Source of the DNA: Octopus vulgaris
Lineage: Eukaryota
Assembly (NCBI GenBank): GCA_951406725.2
Contig: OX597838.1
Coordinates: 2,852,001-2,916,000, forward strand
Length of the DNA: 64,000 bases
Direction of reading: 5' to 3'
Of this stretch, positions 30,524-42,972 are shown piece after piece; the first letter of the stretch is position 1; the number at the start of each line of letters is the position of its first letter. Made by a program: the position numbers and the translations under genes. Below the pieces are notes generated by a model. It saw only the letters and a list, made by a program, of their open reading frames with translations. It made no database searches and was not told the origin of the DNA.

Positions 30524-31525
30524 AAAATATGTGTTGCTTGGGGCCTGTTGAGGATGCGGTTGCTGCTGCAAGTTTCGTGGTCGAACGGGACTTGCAGCCG
30601 TGGTTGGTGTGACAACGGGGAAAATGGTGGAGCTGCTGCTATTACTGTTGTTGTTGTTGCTGCTGCCACCATTATTGCTGGTATTAATGCTGTTGTTGTT
30701 AACATTGTCGCTGCTGCTGCTACTACCGTTGTTGTTGTTGCTGCTGCTGCTGCCATCGTTGCTCAGTGGATGACTGTACAGTTGAGTTGTTGCCGTTCCT
30801 CTACTGGTTAAACTGCTGCTGCTGATGCTGTTGTTGTTGCTGCTGATGATACTAATGCAGCTACTGCTGCTGTTGCTGCCTGTGTTGTTAGTAGCAGCAG
30901 CAACAGCAGCGGCAACAGTCGCCGAAACTGCTGTCGGTTGTGGTGGTGTTGCTGCTGCTGTTGATGATGGTACTGCTGTTGATGATGGCTGTACTGACGG
31001 GTGCCGAAACTCATGGAGCTGAAACTCCAACTCGACTCGCGGGGACGGGTACTCCTTCTCCCGAACGAAACACACGCTGTCCGCTTCCTGTTCGTCAAGC
31101 AGAAGCTGTTGCTTCTCCTCCCGTTTTTCTTTTCGTTCCTCCAGTTTTCTTTTATGGGGTTTCCCTTTCAGCAGAACACTAAACCGTTTGCGTCTTGCGT
31201 CCAATTTAACGCTCTCCAGCGATTCTTCTTTACACTTGTCTATTTCGAATTGTTTGAAACCCAAAACTCAGAGGTTAAATTCCAACCGTCGTCTGCAAAG
31301 GACGATGCAATAAAATAGACACTTGTATTCGTTTTGGAAGCGTTTTGGAACATGTAAAACGTAGCAAACTGCCTAAATTCTTCGCTCGAAATTCTTCCAA
31401 TGAGTCCGTCCTCGTTGTCTATATAGCTTTTCTAATCCCTTGATGTGTTTTACCTTGTTTTTATTTATTTCCTTGTGTTTTCTTCTTGATAAATAGACCG
31501 AAGAAATATTTATCAATGTTTGTCT

Positions 31526-31710
31526 TTAAACCCGATCACTAAGATATTCCGTTAAACCCGATCCTAAGCTATTCTGTTAAACCCGATCACTAAGATATTC
31601 CGTTAAACCCGATCACTAAGATATTCCGTTAAACTTGATCACTAAGATATTCCGTTAAACCTGATCGCTAAGATATTCCGTTAAACCTGATCGCTAAGAT
31701 ATTCCGTTAA
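31526..31710. repeat. Minisatellite, 26-bp unit, ~7 copies
   Basis: Unit TTAAACCCGATCACTAAGATATTCCG repeated head-to-tail with few variants; the second copy is 25 bp. Confidence 0.95.
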
Positions 31711-31752
31711 GATAGATCATAGATAAGCAAATTTATCGATAATCCACACTCT

Positions 31753-31870
31753 GCTCTTTACTCCGAAATAGATGAATAGACTGGTCTATACTCCCCAAAA
31801 TTACTCTTTACGCCTAAATAAATGAACAGACTTAGCTATACTCGTAAAATTACTCTTTATACCTAAATAT
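31753..31870. repeat. Diverged ~50-bp tandem repeat, ~2.3 copies
   Basis: CTCTTTAC..C.AAATA.ATGAA.AGACT...CTATACTC...AAAATTA occurs twice, plus a partial third copy. Confidence 0.75.
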
Positions 31871-32068
31871 TAATGACTGTGCACAGGATGTGTCTATGCA
31901 ATGTTCTTCTTATTGTTGCTGGAGGTGATGATGATGACGATTGTGATGATAACTATGACACCAGTATCACTGCTGTAAATCTTGTCTTTTCACTTTTCTT
32001 GCAATATATATTGTTGTTTTTGTGACTGTTGCTGTTGCTGATGTGGTGGTTGTGCTCCTTGCTTGCGG

Positions 32069-34699
32069 TTATGCTGGTATCGCCAATGTGGGGGCTGTTA
32101 AGGTTTGTCCTACAGTTGTAGCACTTGATGATCCTGTTGAAGTTGGTGTTGAGTTTATGCTTTCGTTGCTTTTTTCGTTTTGTGTGTTGTTGTTATTATT
32201 GTTGCTGATGTTGTTGATGATGATGAGGATGTTGTTGTTGTTGTTGCTGTTCTCGTTCTTGTTGTTGTTGTGGTTGTTCTCGTTTTTCTGGCTTCTCTTC
32301 TCTTTTCCTTCTTTCCTCTTCTGCTTTCCCACTTCCGCTTTGTTTCCCTTTTTACCTTCCTTCCTTCCCGCTTCTTTCTCTCCTTTCTTTTCTCTTTTCT
32401 CTCTCCTTGTCCTTCTTTCTCTCTTCTTTTCTTTAATCTGCCCAATTCTATCACTAATAACTCCACAACTTTTTCCTTCTGCCGTATCGAAAGTCGTTCG
32501 TAATAATAATAATAATAACAACAACAACAACACCAGCAGCTGCAGCAGCGATCGCTGTGGTGGTCGTAAAGGAGGTAGTTTTGGTGGTAGTAAGAGAAGG
32601 TGTAGTAGTGGTAGTAGTAGCAGTACAGACTGTGACAATGGCGTCTTCAACGACGCTGAGAATGATAATGTATTTAAGAGAATTGGTGATATTACTTGTA
32701 GGGGAACTAAGTCTTTTGTTCGTAGTAGTAACAGTATTAATAGTAGTATTATTAACGTTAATAGTTGTGGTGGTAGTAGTAGTGGTGGTAGTCGTCGTCG
32801 TGGTAGAGATGTCAGTAGCGGCTGTAGTATTTGTGGTTGTTGTCGTTGTAACAATTGCTGCTGTGTTTGTTGCGGTCGAAGTAGTTTTAACAGTATAAGT
32901 GGTAGTAGTGGTAATATAAGTAGTAAAAGTGGCTTAGATAGTAGTTTTAGTAGTCGTGGTAATAGCAACTGATGGGGGGATGAAGGTAGTGGTCTATGTA
33001 TTAGTAGTAGTAGCGGTAATAGCAGTAGTAGTATTCGTCGTAGTGGTAATGCATGAGGTCGTTGCTGTTCTTTTGATTGTAATGATGATGATAATGATAG
33101 TAGCAGTAATAGTAGTAGTAGTAGTGGTAGTGGTTGTTGTTGCTGTAAAAGTGGTAGTAATAGTAGTAAAAGTTGCAGCAGTAGTATTAATCGGTTTTGT
33201 TGGTGTTGTTGTGAAGGTGATGGTGGTGATGTTGATGGCGATTGTTGTAGCGATGGGCGTAGTAATAATTTTAGTAGGAAAAACAATAGTTCTGGCTGGG
33301 GCAATACTTGTTGTTGCTGTTGTTGCAATGGTTGACTTGTCAACGATTGTGCTGTTGTTGTTATTGTCGTCGTCGTCGTCGTCGTTGTTTTTGTTGTTAT
33401 TCGTAATGGGGACAATAATATTGAAGCTAGTGATTGCGGTGATTGTAATTGTTGTTGTTGTTTTTGTGAAGGTGGTTGTAACTGTACAAGTATTACTCGG
33501 AGTACAAACCTATAATTCGCTGACGCAGTTATCCAAAATGTCAGCCTCGTATTTCTCTGCCGATGACAGCAACGTTGGTAATGATGACGATGGTGATGAT
33601 GTTGATGATGCTGATGTATTTGCTGCTGTTGCTGATGATGATGATAATGACAATGATGATGATAAAAATGGCGTATTAGATAATTCTGCTGGGGATTCTT
33701 ATGACGACGATGACAATGGTGATGATGATGATGACGATGATGATGCTGATGATGATGATAGTAATTGTAGTGGTAGTGATGGCACTGATAATGTTGATGG
33801 TAATGATGATGAGGAGGAGGAAGAGGAAGAGGAAGAGGAGGAGGAGGATGAGGATGATGTAGATAACAATAACTTCTTGTTAATCGCGTTGGATCCTTTC
33901 CGTTCGTCCACCCAAGCCTCGTTCCGGCTTGAGCAAAGTTTACGCCGGTCACGTGACCACCACTTCTTACTGCAACTAATACTACTGCGGTAAGTTGCGG
34001 TTGATGTGGTAGTAGTAGTAGTAGTAGTAGTTGCAGTAATAGTGTTGTCCGTGCTTGAAATTCTAGAAATAGAAATCGTAGTAGTAGTAATAGAAATAAA
34101 GCTAATAAAGGTAACAAGAGTAGTAGTAGTATAGGTAGTAGAATAAGTAGTAGTAATAAGAAAAGAGGTAGTATTTGTAATATTGGTAACAATAATTGTA
34201 GTGATGATTGCACTAGTAGCAATAGTGGTAGTTGTAGATGTGGTAGAAGTAGTAGTTGTAAGTGTCGAGACTGGAGTGCTGCACTTACTAACAATTCTAG
34301 TAGTAGTAGTGGTAGTATTAGTAGTAGAAGTAATAGTGGTTGTAGTAGTAGAAGTAATAGTAGTAGTAATAGTAGTAGTAACTGTGGTGGTAGTAGAAGT
34401 AAAAGTAGAGGTGGTAGTGATGCTAGGTGATAATGTTGGTGGCTTTGTACATGCTTTTGATAAAACTGTCGCGATGATATCGAAGCGTACAAATCGACTA
34501 AAAGCAGAATAACAACTAATGCTTTTTTTGATGTTGTTTCTAATGCTGATTTTGTTGTTGTTGTTTCTGTTGTTGTTTTTGTTGTTGTTGTTGTTGTTGA
34601 CACTTTAATACATATAATGGTTTCACTAGGTATTCTTGGGATTGTTGAAGAAAATGCAGCTGTGTTCGTGAATGCGGTTGTGAATGTTATTGTTGTAGT

Positions 34700-34730
<31 letters not shown>

Positions 34731-35813
34731 CTGGTGTTGGTTGTGTTTTTTGTTGTTGTTGTGGTGGTGGTGTTTGTTATTGTTGTTGCTGTTGTTGTAG
34801 CGTTGATGTTAATTGTCGCTGCCACTTGAAGCAGTTGCAATTTTTCCCTTTTGCAGTTAGATAACAATTCCGTTGACAACCTTTCCAGCTCCGGTTGTGA
34901 AACGGATGTATGAAATGTCTTCAAGAACGCCAAAGAATCGTTTTGGCTTAAACTTGATCTAACGAAAGACGCCACAAACTTTATGTCTTTCCTCTCCACG
35001 TTCCTCTTTCGTGTTATTCTTTCTGCGTTTCTCCTTGCTTTGGGGTCTTTTATTCTCAATTCTCTTGAATTTATTTTCTCTCTCCTTTTTATTATTTTCG
35101 ATATTTTCGTTTTCTTATTCTTTTTAATATTTTTACTGTTACGATTTTTAATATTCTTTTTCGTAACACTTATCAGCTCATATTTCGCTGACTTTGCGAG
35201 TTTTCGCTGTAAATCCACCACTCCGCTATCTTCTATTTTGTACTTGCCTTCATAAATTCTAGTTTCTTTTAATAACCAATTCTTTGTCGCCTCCAACCAG
35301 AATGCAACCAAAGCCTTTCGGTTAGATGCTTCTACTTTTTCGTCTACACGTCTCGTTGATTCTCGTTTTCTCGGCTTTTTCTTTCTATTCGAAGCGAATC
35401 TTTTCCCATTCTTCTTCTTCGGCAAATCTTTATTTACGATATTTTTGCGGTGATGCTTAAAACAACGCGACTTTTTGGAGTTGGGATCAAAGTTATCGGT
35501 TCCCGGCCGTTTATCCTTTAATACTCCGCTACTATGTCCCCTGTTGCAACTCTGCAATCTATGCGACCCTTTTAATTTCGTTTCATCTGTTTGGACTTTA
35601 ACTTTCGATTTCGATGCCGAGTTAAGCGTGGTCCCTTTCCACTTGGTCTTTTTCTTCCTCTTCTTTTTCTTCTTCTTCTTTCTCTTCTTTATCGACTTGG
35701 TCTTTGGCACTTTCGTCGACGTTGTTGCTAACACCAGCGGAATTTGTCCTGTCCTCACTGTTGTGGTCCTCGTCGTCGCCGACGCCGTTGTGGTGCTAGT
35801 AGTAGTAGTAGTG

Positions 35814-35875
<62 letters not shown>

Positions 35876-35967
35876 TTTATAAGCAGTAGAATTTATGCAG
35901 TTAGTTGTAGTAGTGGTGGCAGTGGTTGTTGCGATGATTGGGGCAGTGTTTGTTGTTGCTTCTCTAT

Positions 35968-36005
<38 letters not shown>

Positions 36006-36170
36006 TCTGCCGGTGTTGGTGGTAGTAGTGCAGGAGGTGTAGTGGTTGGTGTTGTTGCTAGTGTTTCGGTGGTGGACAACGGCTGTAACAGCGATGATGA
36101 AGGTGTTAATGCCGCAAAGGACGTTTGTGTCAGCGGTGGACGTAGGCGCGTTGCTACGGCTGCTGCTGCT

Positions 36171-36218
<48 letters not shown>

Positions 36219-36577
36219 ACTGTTGCTGCTGCTGTTGCTGTTGCTGCTGCTGCTGCTGCTGCTGCTGTTGTTGTTAGCAGTGATTCTGTCGCCGGTGGTG
36301 CTGTCGCGGCAGCCGAGGATAGCCCGGAGGGTGAGGCGGAGGATGATGAGGAGAAGAAGTAGGATAAAGAAGAGGAAAAGAAGGAAAAAGAAAAAGAAGA
36401 GTTGGGGGATGAGCAGGAGGAGGAGTAGTTGTTAACACAAGATGGTGTCTCCGTCGCTGTTTCGTCCCTTTTTCCTCTATGGCCGTCCCGTCGCCTCGTT
36501 TCCGGCCGCAAGCCTCTTACGCTGTTTTGTTTCGAGCGCCTCCGTCGTTGCAGCCGCCGCCTCCACAACAGTACCAT
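32069..36577 (-). CDS. Giant low-complexity ORF (1,502 aa from ATG 36577) upstream of, and in the same frame as, the Kv ORF; product unknown and possibly a uORF
   Basis: 4.5 kb without a stop; the ATG is in a ggtATGg context. Contains poly-Thr/Ala/His/Leu/Gln tracts and a ~270-aa non-repetitive Lys/Arg-rich segment (~34830-35710). No recognisable domain and no internal Met. Confidence 0.35.
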
Positions 36578-36735
36578 ACCCCGTTGTGCCGGTCCATAAG
36601 ACGGACTCTTCCGACGACCACAACTACGACCACTACTACCACCACCACCACAACAACAACACAAAGGTGATACTACTGAAGTTTGCTACTAAAACCGGAA
36701 GCAGTTACAGATAGGAAAAAAAAGAACGATACGTT

Positions 36736-36802
<67 letters not shown>

Positions 36803-37400
36803 GGTGGTGGTAGTGGTAGTTGTACCAAAAGTCCTTACACGGACTTGAGAGCGTAATGAGCGAATCGCTTTCTTCTTCTTGTCATGGCGTCGAATTTTCT
36901 TGGTTTTCGCGGTTGCGTTGGGGTGACGGTGGGGATGCTATTGGTGTCGCTGTCGTCGGTGGTGGTGGAGGTCCAGGCGGCGGAGATGGTGGTGGCGGTG
37001 TTAAGCTGATAAAACTGGCTGACATTACAGAAAAGAAAACGGAGACAAATTGTTGCGTTTCTAAGTAGTAGTAGTAGTAGTAGTAGTAGTTGTTGTTGTA
37101 GTAGTAGTAGTAGCTGTTACTAACAGTATTAAGCGCTGTTATTGTGACTGAGTTCTTAATTTAGGTTTGGTATAAAGAGATAAAGGAACTTAAGTCTTGC
37201 GTTGTTGTTGTTGTAGTTATAGCTGCTATCGTTTTTATTGTTGTTGTTGTTGTTGTTGTTCCCCGCCGATGCCGTTGCACTGTGAGTAACAGTTATTCTA
37301 TTATTTCATCTCTTATTGTCTCCGCTTCTTGCGACTGTATTTATATCATAGCAGCATCAACAGCAACAGTGGCAGCAGCAGCAGCAGCGGTAGCAGCAGT

Positions 37401-37434
<34 letters not shown>

Positions 37435-37865
37435 GCAGTAGTACTACTAGTAGTAGTAGTCAAATGGCGGTACGCTACTGTTTTTGCTAAAAAGAAAGTG
37501 TTTCTAGCAGTTAACAACTTTGTTCTTGTCGTCGTTGCTAATTACATCCTGCTTGTTGTTATCGTTGTTGTTGTTGTTGCGATTGGTTACGCTGGTGTTG
37601 CGAGAACTAGACCTGTTGCGAAGTCACTTTCCATGCAATATTAATTCCTGCTTTTTGCTGTTGTAATTCTTATTATATTCGCAACGCCCGCCGTTTGTAG
37701 TCGTTGTTTTTGTTGCGAACGAAACCAGAGCATTTATGTAATTCTTGCGGAACTGCTGGTGTTTTTGCTGCTGCTGCTGCTGCTGCTGCTGTTGCTGTTG
37801 CTGTGGTTGTTTCAACTACTGCTGCTGCTGCTGAGGGTGAAGATGATGATGATCTTACAGTTTCT

Positions 37866-37906
<41 letters not shown>

Positions 37907-38273
37907 AAGTAGTTGTCAACTTCCGGCGACAGAATATTCAACAGTTTATCGTTCCATTAAATGTTGTTGCTGCTGTTGTTGTTGTCCTCTTCGGTTGCTG
38001 TAGGCGGCGCTAGTGACAGAGGTGAGAGTGGTGGCGTGGTTGTTGCAGCAGTAGTCACTGCGGATATTGTTGTTGTTGTTGTTGTTGTTGCTACTACTCA
38101 CGTTGCTTTTGTTATTGTTGTTGTTATTACAGTTCAATATTGCTAGCATTTGTTGTTGTTGTTATTGCTGCTGTTGTTCTTCCGCTTCCTGGTGCACGAG
38201 GTCTTTCTTTATCTGGTTTTTCAACAGGTACGACCTTCACCCCACAACAGCAGCAGCAGCAGCAGCAGTAGCT

Positions 38274-38341
<68 letters not shown>

Positions 38342-39030
38342 TGTTGTTGTTGTTGTTAGTCGTTAGTTGGACTTTTAGGAATCAGCGAGTACAAACATCA
38401 TGGCGGAAACAGACGATACATTTTCGTTTGTTTAAGTTTCCTGAATGGGGTGGCGCTGCTTATAATATTATTATTGTTGTTGTTGTTGTCGTTATTGTTC
38501 TATATTTTAGCAAACACTACACTGTTATTTATTTATTTATTCATTATTTGATTATACCACTGTTTTGTTTTTTTAATTTTCTTCTTTATTTTTTTTTGTT
38601 AGCGAAAACCTTTGACGCTTATATTGTTGACTTTCTTTCTTTCTTTCAATCTGAATAATGTTGTTGTTATTGTTATTGTCCAGGGGTTTGTTATAATCCT
38701 TTTGTTATGAAAGGAGAGTTGTTTTACGTAATATATTCCGTCCTTCCTCGAATAATTGGTTTTGTTGTTCTTGTGGCAACTACCACCGTTTTTTTACCTT
38801 CCTTTTTCTTTATTTTGTTGTAGGTAGGTTTAACTGGTGATATTGTTGTTGTTGCAGTGGTGGTGGTTGTGGTGGTGGACGTTGAGCGGAGTGGTGAGAT
38901 TGGTAAAGAGCCGACGGTCGTTGCGTGGTTGTTCGGCAGTTGAAACAATATGGCGTCCAAAGTGTAACCGTGCAAAGAGCGGTCGGTGATGCCGGGTCGA
39001 TTAGCTTTTCTGTGCCGGGTCGATAGATTC

Positions 39031-39068
39031 CTGTTGAAATATGTACAAGAGAAATGTGAATTAGAGCA
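39031..39068 (-). other. 3' splice acceptor with branch point, opening the triplet-repeat exon block
   Basis: Minus strand reads CTCTAAT (branch-like) tttcacatttctcttgtacatatttcaacAG|GAATC. Composition changes abruptly here, from CT/CA dinucleotide tracts to triplet-repeat sequence. Confidence 0.7.
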
Positions 39069-39428
39069 GAATGGAAACTGTGGTTAAAGTAGGCGTTTGG
39101 TGGGAGGAAAACGAGAAGGGGGGGGGAGACAGGAAGAGAGGGGAACAGAGAGGAGGGATAAGGGAGGGGGAAGATGAGGGGTGGTTAGGTGAGTATATGA
39201 GGAAGAGAGGTGTTAGGAGGGGAATGTGTGAGTGAGTGAGTGTACGTGTGTCTAAGTGTGTGTATGTGTATGATTATGTGAGCGAGTGTATGTGTGTGTC
39301 AATTAGTAAAAAAGTGTGTTTGTTTCTGATTGATTGTGTATGTGTGTTAGAGAGAAAGAGAGAGTGCGTGAGCATGTGTATGAGTGAGTGATTGTGTGTG
39401 TGTGTGTGTGTTTGTGTGTTTGTGTGTG

Positions 39429-39545
<117 letters not shown>

Positions 39546-39799
39546 GTGTTTGGGTGAAAGGGAGACTGATTGTGCGTTTAGTGTGATGTGAGAGGTACAG
39601 TGTGGAATGTGTAAAATTTAGGGAGGAAATGTAAAAGGGGACAGAGTGAGAGAGAAGAGAGGATGGGAAGAGACAGAGAGGGGCGGGAAAAGAAAGGCAG
39701 TTAAAATAAGACGAGAGAGAGAGAGAGAGAGAATGGAGCATGATAGACAAGAGGAGAGCGAGAGAAGCATAAGTGAAGCAGATAAACAGACAGACAAGA

Positions 39800-39830
<31 letters not shown>

Positions 39831-40274
39831 AGCATGAGGGAAGCAGATAGACAGACAATGAGGGAGAGAGAGGAGAGAGGGGGAGAGAGGGGAGAAGGGG
39901 AGCCGCGAGTAATGCCAGACGAAAGACGGTGAAGGATGGAAAATTTTACAGAGCAGGGTTAGAGTGAGAAGAAGAAGAAGAAATGGAGAAGAAGAAATGG
40001 AGGAGCGAGAGCCTGGAAAGGGGATGAGGGGCTATGAAGAGGAAGAAGGGAGGAGAGAAGAGAGAGAGAGAGGGACTATATTTGGATAATATAGACGGGA
40101 GTAATAGGGAGGAAGGAAAGGGAGAGGAATGTAGAGAGAGGAAGGTAGAGAGAGGAAAATGGTGGAGGCATGAAAGAAGGAGCAGAGAAGGAATGAACAC
40201 ATTGACAAGCAGACAGACACACAGACAGACATCAATGCAGAAGACTTTAGTTGTAACAGGATTTAAACAATCAC

Positions 40275-40596
40275 TATTGCCATCATCATCATCATCATCA
40301 TAACCTCCACCACCACCGCCACCATCACAATCATCATCATCCCCGACATCATTACAATCGCTATCATCATCATCATCAGCAGCAGCAGCATCACTCCCAT
40401 CATTTCCACCACCATCCTCATCCTCAACATCATCATCACCATCGCCATCATATTCATTATCATCATCATCATTATCATCATCACCGTCATCATCACTCCC
40501 AACATCTTCACCACGACCGCCATCATCATCATTATCATCATTTTCATCACCGTTGCCATCATCCTCACCACCATCCACATCCTTTTCATCATCATC

Positions 40597-40628
<32 letters not shown>

Positions 40629-40640
40629 CATCATCATCAC

Positions 40641-40671
<31 letters not shown>

Positions 40672-40728
40672 ATCATCATCCTCACTACCATCCACATCCT
40701 TTTCATCATCATCATCATCATCATCACC

Positions 40729-40760
<32 letters not shown>

Positions 40761-40820
40761 CATCATCATCACCACCATCCACATCCTTTTCATCATCATC
40801 ATCATCATCATCATCATCTA
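40275..40820. repeat. (CAT)n-based array with a higher-order unit
   Basis: ACCATCCACATCCTTTTCATC recurs three times (~40570, 40687, 40774) within (CAT/CAC)n. Confidence 0.95.
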
Positions 40821-41080
40821 TCGCCACAATCACACCACTACGAGTCTACTGGGGAACCTCGAGGGATTCGCTTTACCTGCTAGAAATAACAACATAATCT
40901 CCCTCAAATCGCACCCCTACATCGTTAAATAAAATAAGCAACACATTGGATAATGTAGTCCAAGATGCACTTGGATGTCCACACAAATTGATGGTATGGT
41001 CACAGTGATAATATCCTTGCGTTAAATAACAATGTCACCACCACCACCACCACCACCACCACTATTACCAACATTATCAT

Positions 41081-41525
41081 TGGTTTCACATTTTGGCACA
41101 AGGCCTGCAATTTCGGGGGGGGAGAGATAAATCGATTACATCGATCCCAGTGCTCAACTGGGGCTTATTATATCGACCCCGAATGGAATGAAAAGCAAAG
41201 TTGACTTTGGTGGCATTCGAACTCAGAATGTAAAGCAGACGAAATGCCAAACAGAAACAAGAATAAAATTGGCAGCCATTCGGTTTGGGACATCATTTGG
41301 AGAAAAAGAAACATTAATATAAAAAATCAGAATTCTCTACCGATTGTGAAAAAAAACAATTTCCAGGTATTCTTTTCTACTCTAAGCACAAGGCCGGAAA
41401 TTTCGGAGGAGGGAGCCAGTCGATTAGATCGACTGCAGTACGCAACTGGTACTTCATTTATCGACCCCGAAAGGATCAAAAGCAAAGTCGACCTCGGCAG
41501 AATTTGAACTCAAAACGTAAAGACA
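41081..41525 (-). mobile_element. Two head-truncated SINE family A copies (~41081-41250 and ~41371-41525)
   Basis: Both contain the ATCGACCCCGAA..GGAT.AAA.GCAAAGT.GAC core and the complement of the B box. Confidence 0.85.
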
Positions 41526-42071
41526 GTATTAAGTGACAAACGTAGGAGTGATTTCTAATTTCAAATTATCGAAAATAAACCTTTAAAAAAAGGCCAAAAG
41601 AAGTTTTATCTCTTTTTTTTTCTCTAAATGTTACTTTTTATTGAAACTGCACTTATTTAACTTGGATGCTTCTAGAAAAAACATCGTAAACAATGTTTTT
41701 TTTTCTGTTTATAAACGGTAAATATCGCCCTTGATATTACTCCATGATTCCAGCCGAGCACAAAGCACCACTTCAAATCAGTCCGTTATATTTCTTACAC
41801 TTCTTGACCGTTTATCTGTGTTGAAATGTAATGTGTCTATATAAGGAATGTATGTGTATGTGCGTGAGTGTGTGTGTCTGAGTATATGTGTGTGTGTATT
41901 GATGTATTTATAGACTTTTGAGTATTTATATGTAGTTGTATAGTTTTAGTATGCGTTTTTGTAAGACGTTCGCAAATGAATACCGGATCACTCCACACGC
42001 TCACACATACATGACATTATTATTACAAGAAAGTTTATTATCACCATCCTCATTATTATTGTTGTTGTTAT

Positions 42072-42268
42072 GGCAACGAGCTGGCAGAATCGCTAGCATA
42101 CCGGGGAAAATGCTCGCCGGCATTTTCGTTTTTTTTTATTTTTTTTATTTTTTTACATTCTGAATTCAAATTCTGCCGAGGTTTACTTTGCTTTTCATCC
42201 TTTCGGGGTCGATAAAGTAAGTAATGATGGCCCCGAAATGCTGGCTTTGTGCCAAAACTCGAAACCGC
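42072..42268 (+). mobile_element. SINE family A with (TTA)n tail
   Basis: GGCAACGAGCTGGCAGAATCGCTAGC...TTTCATCCTTTCGGGGTCGATAAAGTAAGTA. Confidence 0.8.
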
Positions 42269-42341
<73 letters not shown>

Positions 42342-42826
42342 GAGTGAGAGAGCAGTGCATGCCATCAAAGTGACACTGGGTTAAAATATACAAAGCTCAG
42401 TATACCCATCATGACTACCCGTCTGATAAGAGTACACCAGGCACATGCATCACAACCATATGTGCACGACATGGTTATCTCATATCAAGATAAACTCGCA
42501 TGACCTTGCAGGTGGGGCCTAGTTAGACTTTTCTTCGGGTCGAGTAGCCCATCCCGCTCAAAAGGTCCCTGAATAAGGGTTGTTTAATGATGTTGAACGA
42601 AACACCAATGTTTCCAAAGGTGAATTATTCAAACCCCAAAGAATTCCTCTCGGCACATAGCTATGATGCTCCCCACTACTTCTGCTCGTGATCAGAGATG
42701 CACATATCGTCAGCCATTAAGGGACATGCTCAAATGGTTTAAAGTCAAACAACTGACAAGCAAATCTGTGGTATTGAACAGAATATTTGCTGTACCTCAT
42801 CTTTTATACTAAAACAAAACAACGTA

Positions 42827-42829
<3 letters not shown>
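42342..42829 (-). mobile_element. Family F element, 5'-truncated copy in (TAA)n
   Basis: Same sequence as the 44879 copy but lacking its last ~70 bp; (TTA)n on both sides. Confidence 0.85.
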
Positions 42830-42874
<45 letters not shown>

Positions 42875-42891
42875 CATTATTATTGTTATTA

Positions 42892-42970
<79 letters not shown>

Positions 42971-42972
<2 letters not shown>

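Noticed and set aside
31526-31710. 26-bp repeat as a CRISPR array or iteron
   Set aside because: Head-to-tail with no spacers; a VNTR.
31265-32071. Single stop read-through or A-to-I stop recoding fusing the two in-frame giant ORFs
   Set aside because: Hand translation shows at least five in-frame stops (TAA, TGA, TAA, TAA ... TGA) across the gap, so one recoding event cannot join them.
32022-33993. Plus-strand 316-aa and 345-aa ORFs antisense to the giant ORF
   Set aside because: Expected shadows of in-phase triplet repeats; GTG starts and no domain content.
39946-40833. 295-aa poly-Asp ORF
   Set aside because: A (GAT)n array on the intronic side of the 39031 acceptor, continuing into CT-rich low-complexity sequence.
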